From: Nitrosopumilaceae archaeon
GTDB lineage: Archaea; Thermoproteota; Nitrososphaeria; Nitrososphaerales; Nitrosopumilaceae
NCBI GenBank assembly: GCA_965209085.1
Contig: OZ242376.1
Coordinates: 832,001-896,000, forward strand
Direction of reading: 5' to 3'
DNA length: 64,000 nt
Within the stretch, counting starts at the first letter, position 1, and the number at the start of each line of letters is the position of its first letter. Of this stretch, positions 30,785 through 41,500 are shown in pieces. The notes beneath the pieces are model-generated. The model saw only the letters and a list, made by a program, of their open reading frames with translations. It had not been told where the DNA came from and searched no databases. The position numbers and the translations under genes were made by a program.

Positions 30785-33700
30785 TTAATATCTAACCTTT
30801 CAACGATCTTGTCTATATCACAATATTCATTTTTCAAATTTTCTCTTACATTACTTCTCAATTTTCCAATACTTGTAATTGTAAAATGAGGAATTAATTT
30901 TTTTGTTTTTTCTGAACATTTTTTTCCAATTTTTGCTAATTGCATATGCATTGATATTTTTGGGTTAAATTTTGGTATGTTGAATGTTAATGGAAGCTTG
31001 TGTATATTACGTGGTCCAAAACTTCCTTTTGATTGTTCTGGTTTGATTAATTTATCTAGCATATTTGAATTAAGAATTGCAGTTAGATAATGTGCTTCAT
31101 CTTCATCATTCGTATCATAATAATACATTGAAACATCCGTAATGAAATTATTTGTAATAAAGGCCGTTCCATTTATATCGAAAGAATATTTTTGATTTGG
31201 TTCTATTACACTTGCTGTCATATAACTAGCACTACCTACATAAATAACTTTAAATTTCATATCCATTTGTTGATTTGTAAGTTTATTGCGATAGTTTACA
31301 TATTCATATATTGTATATTTTGTAGCTTGTTGACTATTCCCATTCCATAATGTTTCAACATGTTTAAGATATTTCATAGTATCTATATTAAATAAATCTA
31401 TGTTATCATGAAAATTTATAATTTTTATTTTTTTATTTTTAATTACTATTGGTAAAAATAATAATTGTCTTTTTAATATTCCAAATGGAAGCAAACCTGC
31501 AGCAACTACAGTATTAAATAAATATTCTTTTGAAACATTGCCTTCTAATTGAAATTTATTCCATGGTTTATACACAACTTTATTTTTTGCACTAATAATA
31601 TGTGGGTTGGAAGGATTAAATCCTAACAATGAATCTGTTTTAATATTGATAAACCAAAATATTCTTGGAATTAAGTCTGCACCTTTGCTAAACAATTTAT
31701 GATATGGACTATTGTTTTTAATTCTTTGTATTGGTGAATACTGATCTTCAGATTTGATTAATTTTACGTCACTAATATCACATTGTTCATTATTTGATGG
31801 TAGTGTTCCATCATATTTTATTAATTTTACAGGATAATGTGTTTGATAATTTTTTTGGGCTATTATGACACATGAGGGAATTTTAAATAATGGCTTTACA
31901 TTTTTTAAATCATAAATATGATCTAACCTGACCTCTGGCTTTAGAAATTTACGAAATTGTGCATGCTGGGACGAATCCAATATCGATCTAGGCATAACAA
32001 AACCTATTATGCCATTTTTTGTTAAATATTTATCTACACAATGACAAAAAAATAGGCTCGCTAATTCCATATTTGGTATGTTATGCATTTTATTTTTTTC
32101 AATCAGGCCGTATTCTTTACTTTTTATTTTTAAATATTCTTTATATCGAACATTCTTCATCGCTTGTTGTGATATCCACGGTGGATTTCCTATTATGATG
32201 TCAACTTGTTTTTGAGTTATAGCAATAGGTTTGTACATATTTCGTAATACATATGGCCAAATTGCATCAGAATCCTCCTCAATTAGCTCATATAATGTAT
32301 TAAGAGATTCTGTAAGAATTTCAGATTCTGCTACTGTATATCCTTTTAAGGCTATATTTTTAAAAATTGATAATGTCCTTCGCTTGAATTCTTTTGCATC
32401 GAAATGATATTTAGGCAACTTCGCTTTTTCTACATAATTTTCATATTCTCTACCATTATTTTGCATTATAGATATAATTTCATCCATTTTTTTTATATCG
32501 CCAGATACTGTGATGGGAAAATGAAATTTTTTACCCATCGCTTCGAATTCAAATGTTGGTATTGATAATGATACGTCTTTCCTTTCTGCTGGAATTTTTA
32601 ACGAGTCACTCAAATAAATGGGAATGGATATTGGACCTTTTTTTGCATGTAATACATCTTTTAAAGCTAACAAGTAATTAGTTTTAGAAATTATGACAGC
32701 TAATGGATGAACATCGAATCCTAATACATTTTCCAATATGTGATTTAAAATTTTATCTTTAGGCCATTGTTTTTTTGACAATAACTCTATTTTAAATTGT
32801 ATTGTCTTGAACAAAAATGTACCTGATCCGCATGCGGGATCCATGATGCTTTTAGTAACATCTTTATTTAGAACATCTTTGATCATTGTTTCGGCTAACC
32901 AATCTGGTGTATAAAACTCCCCTAATGATCTTCTAATTTCTGGATCAACTAACTCTTGATATAATTCTTTTAATACGTCTTCATTAATTTTATCTAGATC
33001 ATATACATATATCTCCATTAGTAATTTATGGAATATTTTACTAGATTGTTTTCGTATAGTTGGTGCATTTATCCACATAAAAAAATCTTCTTCCATAAAA
33101 CTCATTATCCCAGCATTTCGAAATGTATTTCCAAATAAAATAGGCATTATTTCTTCAAAATTTTGTGGAATTCCTTTAGTTATTTTTACGTGAATTAATA
33201 ATTTAACTAGAGTGGAGAGATAAGTATGTCTAAAAAATAGATCTCTTTGATCAGGTTTACCCCCATACACTATTTCTAAATATTTTGACCAGCTTTCATA
33301 TTTTATTATGCTTGGTTTATGACTACTTTCAGCTTTTTGAAATAATACCTCTAATTTTTTACATGTGGATATAAATGTTGGACTATCTGAACCGAAGCGT
33401 CGTTTAATATCTGCAGATGTGGGAATAATTTTTTTTGTGGAAAATAAATATGAATCAAACCATAAAAATATGTGTTCTACATCGGTATCTTTATCCAAAT
33501 TTAACTCGTCAATTTCTTCAATTTTGATTACTTTATTCTCTTCAATAACGGGATAAAATACTTTAAAATGTATTCCATCGTTAGCAATCCCCAAAAAATC
33601 AGATTCTGATTGTTCAACATACGCTTGAAAATATTTTGTTAATTCTTCTTTAGCTTTATTTAACCCACTATTCAAATCTTTTTTAAATTCAAATATGATA

Positions 33701-33906
33701 TTTCCAAATACTGCATCTATTCTTCCTCGTAATTGCATGGTTTCCGATTTAACAGATACTTCAAAATCCATGTCTTTTAATTCAATGTCAAACACATCTC
33801 GAATAAACTGTGAAAACATAATTGCTTTAGCAATTTCTTGATTTTTAGATTTTACATTGTAGATATATTTTGGTAATTCATTTTTTAATTTTTCTAATAT
33901 TTTCAT
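30781..33906 (-). CDS. Single-chain Type IIG restriction-modification enzyme (nuclease + N6-adenine MTase + TRD)
   Basis: GRIDAV...FEFKK nuclease; GEFYTP, DPACGSGTF (motif I), IGNPPW (motif IV); long C-terminal recognition region. Confidence 0.9.
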   Translation of the reverse strand: MKILEKLKNELPKYIYNVKSKNQEIAKAIMFSQFIRDVFDIELKDMDFEVSVKSETMQLRGRIDAVFGNIIFEFKKDLNSGLNKAKEELTKYFQAYVEQSESDFLGIANDGIHFKVFYPVIEENKVIKIEEIDELNLDKDTDVEHIFLWFDSYLFSTKKIIPTSADIKRRFGSDSPTFISTCKKLEVLFQKAESSHKPSIIKYESWSKYLEIVYGGKPDQRDLFFRHTYLSTLVKLLIHVKITKGIPQNFEEIMPILFGNTFRNAGIMSFMEEDFFMWINAPTIRKQSSKIFHKLLMEIYVYDLDKINEDVLKELYQELVDPEIRRSLGEFYTPDWLAETMIKDVLNKDVTKSIMDPACGSGTFLFKTIQFKIELLSKKQWPKDKILNHILENVLGFDVHPLAVIISKTNYLLALKDVLHAKKGPISIPIYLSDSLKIPAERKDVSLSIPTFEFEAMGKKFHFPITVSGDIKKMDEIISIMQNNGREYENYVEKAKLPKYHFDAKEFKRRTLSIFKNIALKGYTVAESEILTESLNTLYELIEEDSDAIWPYVLRNMYKPIAITQKQVDIIIGNPPWISQQAMKNVRYKEYLKIKSKEYGLIEKNKMHNIPNMELASLFFCHCVDKYLTKNGIIGFVMPRSILDSSQHAQFRKFLKPEVRLDHIYDLKNVKPLFKIPSCVIIAQKNYQTHYPVKLIKYDGTLPSNNEQCDISDVKLIKSEDQYSPIQRIKNNSPYHKLFSKGADLIPRIFWFINIKTDSLLGFNPSNPHIISAKNKVVYKPWNKFQLEGNVSKEYLFNTVVAAGLLPFGILKRQLLFLPIVIKNKKIKIINFHDNIDLFNIDTMKYLKHVETLWNGNSQQATKYTIYEYVNYRNKLTNQQMDMKFKVIYVGSASYMTASVIEPNQKYSFDINGTAFITNNFITDVSMYYYDTNDEDEAHYLTAILNSNMLDKLIKPEQSKGSFGPRNIHKLPLTFNIPKFNPKISMHMQLAKIGKKCSEKTKKLIPHFTITSIGKLRSNVRENLKNEYCDIDKIVERLDIN

Positions 33907-33969
33907 AATTTATTTCTCCAAACATCATTAAAATTAATTTTATGATTGATACTGTTCAATATTGCCATT

Positions 33970-34257
33970 TTATTTCACACGGCGGATTTTTAACAATAAG
34001 GTATTTTTACGTTTATTAATATATGGCCTTCCACTATTCTTCATCATGTATGATGTATGTTTTTCAAGATCTATGATGTATTTTTCTAATTGCCTATCAA
34101 AATTTTCATCAATTATCGTCATTGCTTTTTTCAGATTTTCTTGGTTTACGTTATCTGGATCATCTTTTCTACCTAAAAAAAATTGTTTTTCACCAGCTAT
34201 TGAATATAGATATTCTGTTCCATGATTTTTCTTTATAAACAAACCCATCTTTATCAC
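33970..34257 (-). CDS. Small basic hypothetical protein divergent from the integrase
   Basis: IKKNHGTEYLY...FFLG motif; co-oriented upstream of the RM gene. Confidence 0.6.
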   Translation of the reverse strand: MIKMGLFIKKNHGTEYLYSIAGEKQFFLGRKDDPDNVNQENLKKAMTIIDENFDRQLEKYIIDLEKHTSYMMKNSGRPYINKRKNTLLLKIRRVK

Positions 34258-34258
34258 G

Positions 34259-34314
34259 TGTCATGTAGCATGACAAAACTTTAAATAAAGATATGTGTCA
34301 TGTAACATGACACA
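34259..34314. promoter_or_regulatory. Paired palindromic operators flanking a TATA-like box
   Basis: TGTCATG-tag-CATGACA (34259-75), TTTAAATA (34280-87), TGTGTCATG-taa-CATGACACA (34294-314). Confidence 0.6.
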
Positions 34315-34316
34315 AA

Positions 34317-35710
34317 ATGACCACTAGAAAAACACCTAAATCAACAGCGATCAGGTTCAATTGTAAAATACAACTAGCACAAAAGGGAGCCAATGAAGTC
34401 GCCAAGAGGCTGACCGATATGGGAAACATAATTCCATCTAAAACAAGCAACACTGCCAAACAATCCAGAGTAACAAAACTACTTGCAAATCCAGACGTAA
34501 AGCGCTGGTTTGACAACCTCTAACGAGGTAGCAAACTAACCGCAGAGATACGTGTAAGATGCCTAGACATGTTCTGTCAGCAACACCAAATGACGCCAAC
34601 ACAATTGTACGAGCTTGCACTAAAGGACCTAAGAATTGCAACTGACCTGCTAGAGGATCACGTGACCATGATGGAGTCAAAATAATACTCTCCAGGATAC
34701 ATCGAAGATTATGTAAAGGCCGTAAAATCATGGCTCAGACACTTTGACATCGAGATCAGATGCAAAATACGCATAACTGATTCACGTCATACTCCGACAT
34801 TGCAGAACGAGCGAGTACCAAATGCACAGGAAATGGTCAAGATATACAGTCAGGCTACCCTTAGAGAATCTGCAATGATCTCACTAATGGCAAAATCCGG
34901 CCTGCGGCCTGAAGTACTGGGAAATCATGATGGAACTGATGGTCTAAGGATGCGTGATCTGCCTGACATTGTAATACACCATGGAGAGGCAAAATGCATC
35001 AGGGTGCCAAATAGGATAACGGTAAGACGGGAGATATCAAAGACACGAAAACCATATTTTACGTTCTCAAGCGCACCGGTCACTGCATATATCATGCGTA
35101 CCTCAATGATCGGCTAGCACAAGGCGAGCCCCTGCATGGGGATTCGCCTGTAATAGCACCGGATTACAAGTACAAGACAAACCGCGGGCAAAACCAGACA
35201 AAGCCATTTCTGCCTACAAGGCAGATTCGCAAAAAAATCCGGGATACATTCCGATCAAAGTTTGCATAGATGCCGTACGTTCTGCGGGCATACTTTGACA
35301 CGCAACTGCTCATTGCAGAGTCAAAGGGAACAATTGCACACGATATCCGTGCATTTTTCATGGGCCACAGCGGAAACATTGAGGCAAGATACACGACAAA
35401 CAAGGGAATACTTCCAGAGTCGCTGATACTGGAAATGCGCGATTCGTACAAACGATCAGAGCTGCTGTTGGATCTAGAACAGACAAAAGACGATCCAATC
35501 ATAAAACAGAAAGAGCAGATGCAAAGTGCAATTTCACAGGCCACGCCAGAACAGCTTGGCACGGTACTAGAGATGTCTCCGAATCTGGGCATCGGTAAAA
35601 TGTAAAGCCAGCGCGTGATGATCTCAGATGATGCAGAACGCATGATAGAGAAAGGATGGACGTTTGTTGGCACCTTGCCAAACGGCAGGGTCGTCGTACA
35701 AAAACGCGGC
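34317..35710 (+). pseudogene. Tyrosine recombinase/integrase pseudogene
   Basis: SGLRP, YVLRAYF, FFMGH...Y catalytic motifs spread over fragments separated by stops and frameshifts. Confidence 0.88.
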
Positions 35711-35737
35711 AAGAATGGGATTTGAATCCAGTAGTAA

Positions 35738-35830
35738 TGGACCGGATGGGATTTGAACCCACGACCCTTGCGGAACTATCGTTCTTACGCAGTGTGAGTG
35801 CGTCATCCTAACCAACTAGACAACCGGTCC
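35738..35830 (-). tRNA. tRNA-Val(CAC) with a 19-nt non-canonical intron (35767-35785, position 44/45)
   Basis: Acceptor GGACCGG/CCGGTCC-A, anticodon arm ACGCA-CT CAC AC-TGCGT, bulge-helix-bulge. Removing the intron restores the AGGTC variable loop. Confidence 0.9.
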
Positions 35831-35919
35831 GTTAACTGCTGTATAATATGCTCTTTTATTTCTAACCGTGCATTTTTTCCAAGGTAACAATACGATAACA
35901 AACGGTGCAAATATGAAAT

Positions 35920-36087
35920 CTATTTTTTAACGCCTAGTGCGCGGTTTTTCAGGCGCAGATACACGCTGCGGCATTTTCTGCATCTAGTGGCTGCCATGGA
36001 ATTGCGCGCGCCGCACGAAAAACATATCTTCATGTGAAGCCGGGCTCTTTGTGCAAGCTGTTTTTTTGCCGGATCCGTAATGGTCAT
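35920..36087 (-). CDS. rpl40e: 50S ribosomal protein eL40
   Basis: Manual translation MTITDPAKKQLAQRARLHMKICFSCGARNSMAATRCRKCRSVYLRLKNRALGVKK. Confidence 0.93.
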   Translation of the reverse strand: MTITDPAKKQLAQRARLHMKICFSCGARNSMAATRCRKCRSVYLRLKNRALGVKK

Positions 36088-36113
36088 ACGCTATCTGCCT
36101 AAAACACTCACTT

Positions 36114-37025
36114 TTAATCTAATCGAATCTTTGTGGCAAGCAGTACGGGAACTTCCTGGGGACGCTTTGCCACAGGAACATTGGCCTTGCCAAACATGTT
36201 GACCTTTGATTCAGCAGAACCGTAATTGCCATATACAATTGCCCCAGCATGCCCCATCCGTTTCTCCTTTGGAGCTGCCCTGCCTGCAATATATGCGACA
36301 ACTGGTTTTGAAAATTTTGTATCAATTATCCTCTGAGCTAGAATCTCTTCAGCATCCCCTCCAATCTCGCCCACTATGACAATGCCGCGCAATCCTGGAA
36401 GATCTTTTGCAGCATCAAATGCATCAACTAGTCTTGTACCATTTACCGGGTCCCCTCCAACCCCGATGGTTATGGACTGGCCAAAGCCTGCCTGTGTCAG
36501 ACTGTTTGATATCTCATACAAGAGGGTGCCGCTCTTTGAAATTACCGCAATATCGCCGGCGCTGAACGGACTTGATGGCATTATGCCCACCTTTATCACG
36601 CCAGGAACAATTAACCCCGGAGTATTCGGACCTATCACCGTGGCACCTTTATTTTCTGCAATCTCTAGCAACTGCAAAGTATCCCGTATGGGCACATGCT
36701 CCGGTATTGCAACTAGGAGTTTTATTCCGGCATTTAGCGCATCAGTTGCAGCTTTTAAAAAGAATTTTGCAGGAACAAATACAATTGAGATATCCGCCCC
36801 TGTGGCATCAACTGCCTCTTGCATGTTTTCATAAATTGGAACATTGCCAAACTTTGTACCCCCCTTACCCGGAGTCACGCCTGCCACAATATTCGTGCCA
36901 TACTCCATCATGAGCTTTGTATGATGCGTGCCAAATTTGCCAGTTATCCCCTGCACTATGACGGATTTTTTCATGTAATCATCATCGCCTATCTTACCGC
37001 ACAACTGCTCCATAATGTGGGTCAT
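36114..37025 (-). CDS. sucD: Succinyl-CoA synthetase alpha subunit
   Basis: VQGITG, GVTPGKGG, GEIGG, RMGHAGA. Confidence 0.95.
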   Translation of the reverse strand: MTHIMEQLCGKIGDDDYMKKSVIVQGITGKFGTHHTKLMMEYGTNIVAGVTPGKGGTKFGNVPIYENMQEAVDATGADISIVFVPAKFFLKAATDALNAGIKLLVAIPEHVPIRDTLQLLEIAENKGATVIGPNTPGLIVPGVIKVGIMPSSPFSAGDIAVISKSGTLLYEISNSLTQAGFGQSITIGVGGDPVNGTRLVDAFDAAKDLPGLRGIVIVGEIGGDAEEILAQRIIDTKFSKPVVAYIAGRAAPKEKRMGHAGAIVYGNYGSAESKVNMFGKANVPVAKRPQEVPVLLATKIRLD

Positions 37026-38128
37026 TTGCGCGTCCCCATTACGGCTGCGTTTATCGCATCTTCCACGCTATCATACAGTTGTGTCCTAGTGTTAGATAGC
37101 ATTACCTTTGCTTTATCTGACTCTGCCCCGCGCAATCTTGCAAAGACTGGAACATTAATTACTGATTTCTCATACGCCTCGATAAAAGCTGCAGATATAG
37201 TGGTTGTCTTTACTATGCCGCCGTACAAATTTACCAAAATGCCGCGGACCCTGCCGATTTTACCGATAATCGTGAGCGCCTCAAAGACTGATTCGGTGGT
37301 TGCCCCGCCCCCGACATCCAAAAAGCATGCCGGCTTTCCACCGTTGTCAGATAACATGTCAAGCGTGGACATTACAAGTCCTGCACCATTTCCAATTACT
37401 GCAATATCCCCGTCAAGCTCTACCATTGCAAACCCGCTTTTCTCAGCGCGCTCTTCAATCTCGGATCTTTCAAGATATTTGTGCATCTCCTCGTGTCTGA
37501 AATTTGAATTATCATCAGTAACCATCTTGCCATCAAGCGCCACCATCCTGCCATCCTCTAAAATGGCAAGCGGGTTTATCTCTGCAAGCTCTGCCTCTTT
37601 TTCCACGGTAAGCTTTGAGAGCTTTGTTAAAACATTTATAAAATTCTCTGCCGTTTTACCCTCTAGTCCCATCTCTGATGCAACCTCTATGGCAGTTTTC
37701 TCATCCACCTTGCCTCTACCCACCTCTTTTATTATCTGATTTTTTACTGATTCAATCTCCATGCCGCCCTCAGCTGATGCAATAACAGTATAGCATCTCT
37801 TACTTCTATTCAAAAACAGCGAGAGGTACATTTCATTTTTTATCACAGCTGCCTCTTCAATCAGTATGGCGCGCGACCTCTCCCCTTTGATCTCCAAATC
37901 CATGACCTGCGGGTATTTTATGGACAACTCGTCAGCATTTTTGCATATTTGTATGCCGCCAGCTTTGCCCCTGCCGCCCACGGGAACCTGCGATTTTATC
38001 ACCATTGGATATCCTATCTTTTTTGCATCCTCCCTAGCCTTTGCAATATCATTTGAGACTGCGCCCTTTAGCAGACTAATCCCGTATTCGGCAAAAACCT
38101 CTTTTGCCTGAAATTCCAAGAGCCGCAT
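37022..38128 (-). CDS. sucC: Succinyl-CoA synthetase beta subunit
   Basis: LLEFQAK, GGRGKAGG, EINPL, GNGAGLVM. Confidence 0.95.
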   Translation of the reverse strand: MRLLEFQAKEVFAEYGISLLKGAVSNDIAKAREDAKKIGYPMVIKSQVPVGGRGKAGGIQICKNADELSIKYPQVMDLEIKGERSRAILIEEAAVIKNEMYLSLFLNRSKRCYTVIASAEGGMEIESVKNQIIKEVGRGKVDEKTAIEVASEMGLEGKTAENFINVLTKLSKLTVEKEAELAEINPLAILEDGRMVALDGKMVTDDNSNFRHEEMHKYLERSEIEERAEKSGFAMVELDGDIAVIGNGAGLVMSTLDMLSDNGGKPACFLDVGGGATTESVFEALTIIGKIGRVRGILVNLYGGIVKTTTISAAFIEAYEKSVINVPVFARLRGAESDKAKVMLSNTRTQLYDSVEDAINAAVMGTRK

Positions 38129-38171
38129 ATGAGCTACCCCACATATGCTCTAATAAATATCGACCAACTGT

Positions 38172-38501
38172 TCATTCTAGCTCATCTTTAATTTGCGATA
38201 AAATACGATCAAAGAGCTCTGTACTCTTTGAGATTAAAACTGCAGGATATTCTGATATGGAAAATACCGTCTGCTCGACTATACTCATTGGAATGGGCCC
38301 CCCATAAGTTACTGACTGCTCTATAACGTATTCTCTTGTAAGGGTGCATATTGTCTCCTCGCATGCATCATTGGATTTGTCCATTACGATTCTATACAAT
38401 ACCATTGGCACGTTTGTGCGGTTTACACTCTCTGATCCCTGCCTTAACAAATCGGCCATATGCTCTATCTGACACGAGTCTAGATTTACCTGCTTTGTCA
38501 T
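38172..38501 (-). CDS. Conserved-looking hypothetical protein
   Basis: Clean 109-aa ORF in a co-oriented core block. Confidence 0.7.
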   Translation of the reverse strand: MTKQVNLDSCQIEHMADLLRQGSESVNRTNVPMVLYRIVMDKSNDACEETICTLTREYVIEQSVTYGGPIPMSIVEQTVFSISEYPAVLISKSTELFDRILSQIKDELE

Positions 38502-38563
38502 CGCACCATTTGGTACGCAATCTTTGTATTTATGGGCTAAAGATCAGTATTCTGATCGTACGC

Positions 38564-41500
38564 CTAGATTATGCCAATCTGTATTTTTTGCCCGTCCACA
38601 TCCTCATCTTTATACTGTAAATCCATACCTTTGAAATCGACATTTTTTATGCGCACTAGAAATGCAAGATCTTTTTGCATATTAAAGATGGCAATCTCTT
38701 GTTTTTTATCAAGGCCCAGGATGGATGCTGTTTCTAAAACGTCAGTTGGAGTGTACCCTTTTTCTTTTCGAAGGCTTTGTATGCGCCGTGCAAGATCCTT
38801 TAAAAGGCCGCGCGCTGTCAACTCCTCACTCCTCTCTGATGATAAAAATACCACCGTACCCTCGCGCTTTGCCAAACACCATCCATCTTTGGATATGAAT
38901 CCAAATTCTGCATCCTCTGCCCTCACATCGATTTTACATCTGCCCCCTCCTAGCGAAAAAGTATACTTTGAATCGCGCAAAATTGCACGGGCTATTTCCT
39001 GTTTATCTGACTCTGTAAACGCCTTTGCCAGCTCTGGCATGAACTCTTTTGCGCGCGGGCCCATTTTTTTCCTATCCAATTTTGCAGCAGCTGCCACCGG
39101 CGCCCCCATTTTTTGAATCTCATCTAGCTGCCCAAGACCGTCCTCTTTTGCATACTCTAAAACCGTAACTTTTTCCACGTTTAAAAGCGAGCGCAAAAGC
39201 TCCATGTGGTTTTCAATCTTTACTTTGAGGCCTTTGTGCAGGCACACTATGGCCTCCTCTAATGGCCACCTGCGTTTTAACGCACCGTTCATTCTTGCCG
39301 CACCCCCGACAGATACTGCAAGCTGCAGTATGTCAAAAGAGCTTTCAATCTCCGCGTTTACAAGATTTGCATCAATTTTTGGCCATTTTTGCAGTAAAAT
39401 ATTCTCCGTACCATCAAAGACCTTATCATACAGATAGTCAGTTGTGAACGGACAGACGGGGTGCAAGATCACATCAATGGTGTTTAGTACGTGCCCTAGC
39501 GTGGCGTATATTGCAAGCCTGCGGTTCAAATTTGAATCCGACTCGTCCCAAATCTGCTCGCGCGTTATGGGAACGTACGTCTGACTTAGCATCCCTATGA
39601 CAAATTCATCAATCCTTCTTGCAGCTTCATGAAATTTGCATGCAGAGTACATCTTTGATACCTGTTCTGATAAATTTTGAAGCTTTGAGAGTATCCAAAT
39701 GTCCGGGGACTGGAGCAGGTTTTTCCCATCTGCCCACTGCACCGTATGCTCTGCAGGATTGTACGGATCACACTCGCTGTTTTGTTTAAAATACAAATGC
39801 ATGTGATATAGAGTACTTAGTATCTGATATGATCGTGTACGCATCTCTTTTTCGCTAAAGCTAAGAGGTTCAATCGGACTTGATTTGAGTGTAAAATACA
39901 GCCGCAAAAGATCAGCTGAGCTCTCCTTTGCAATCTTTACAGCATCCAAAACGTTTCCAAGACTTTTGCTCATCTTGCCGCCTTTCTCATCCAACACGTG
40001 CCCCTGGAAGAGAAACGAGGCAAACGGGGACTCACTTTTACCGCTCAATATGACATTCTCTATTAGCAAAGTATACGCCCATCCGCGCGTCTGATCTATA
40101 CCCTCGGTTAAAAATGGCACAGGAACTGTTTTTGCATACTCGGCATCATCTGAGGATGCAAAAGGAGCTGCCCCGCTGTTGTGCCACGTATCAAGCACGT
40201 AAGGTTCCCTGCTTGTATTGGCACTGTTGCATTTTGAACATTTTGTCTTTACGCGGTCAATCCAGGGCCTGTGCAGCTCAAAATTCTCGCCATCTGGCAG
40301 CTCTATTGCCGCCTCCACTATCTGTTCTCTTGAATAAAACCAGTCCCTATTTCCGCAATCCGCACAGTTCCATGCCGGAAGCGGGCACCCCCAGTATCTT
40401 TCGCGCGATATGCACCATGGATGTTTTTCACCCACTATTGCCAAAAACCTGTTCTTTGGCTGATCGTAAAAATACTCTGCATTATTTGCCGCATCCACTG
40501 CCATTTGGCCAAATTTACCCAACTTGTAAAACCATCCCCTTCTAGCAAGCCAGACTAATCTGTGCGCTGAGCGCCAGCATAGGGGGTATTTGTGCCGTAT
40601 TTTGCGCAGCGCAACTAGGGCGCCGCGGGATTTTAAATCCTCTGAAATTTTTGCATCAGCATCGCGCACAAACATTCCATAATATGAGCCTGCATCTTTT
40701 GTAAATTTCACCTCATCATCAATGGGACAAAATACGGGAATTTTTCTCTTTTCTGCAATGCGGATATCCTCTTCACCGTTTGCCGGCGAGAGATGCACAA
40801 TCCCACTGCCGCTATCTATCTCTACAAACTTTTCAGATACTGCAATGTGGTATCCCTCATCTAACGCAAACTTTGCAAGCTCTGGTATTTTATCAAGGAG
40901 CGGATGCTCATATTTTTTGCCTTCAAAATATTCCCCCTTTACGGTTTTGATTACCTCATATTTGTCAACTTTGGCAGCCTTTAACACCTCATTTAGCATT
41001 TGCTCCCCGATAATCCACGTCTCACCGCCCACTTTGAGAAACTTGTATACCCCCTCTGGATTAAAACCAATCATGGCATCAGTAACCATTGTAAATGGCA
41101 TCGTTGTCCAAACTATCGCATACGCGCCACTCTCTTTGAATCTTACCTTATAATACATTGAAGGGTCCAAGACCTCCTCATACCTTTGGTTAACTTCAGC
41201 ATGGCTTAGTGAGCTTTGACATCCTGGACAGTATGCAATTACAGTATAATCCAAACCCAGTATTTTTCTCTCATTTGCATGCCGGAGTATCTGCCATTCC
41301 CTTTGTATGTACTCATCGTCCATGGTCCAGTATGCGCCATTATAGTCAAATGATATGCCAATCTGTTCATCAGCTTTTATCCACTCCTTGTTGTACTCGT
41401 ATACAAGACGCTTGCATTCTGCAACAAGCTTTTCTATGCCAAATTCTTCTATGCCTTTTTTGCCGCCGGATATTCCCAGCTGTTTTTCTGCCTGCAGTTC

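Larger units (their letters stand above)
27505..35750. mobile_element. 8.2 kb integrated element at tRNA-Val(CAC) with defence cargo
   Basis: att direct repeats, tRNA-proximal integrase pseudogene, very AT-rich cargo. Confidence 0.82.

Noticed and set aside
35767-35785. Long variable arm (Ser/Leu-type tRNA)
   Set aside because: The anticodon is CAC, and the insert forms a bulge-helix-bulge whose removal gives a standard class I tRNA.
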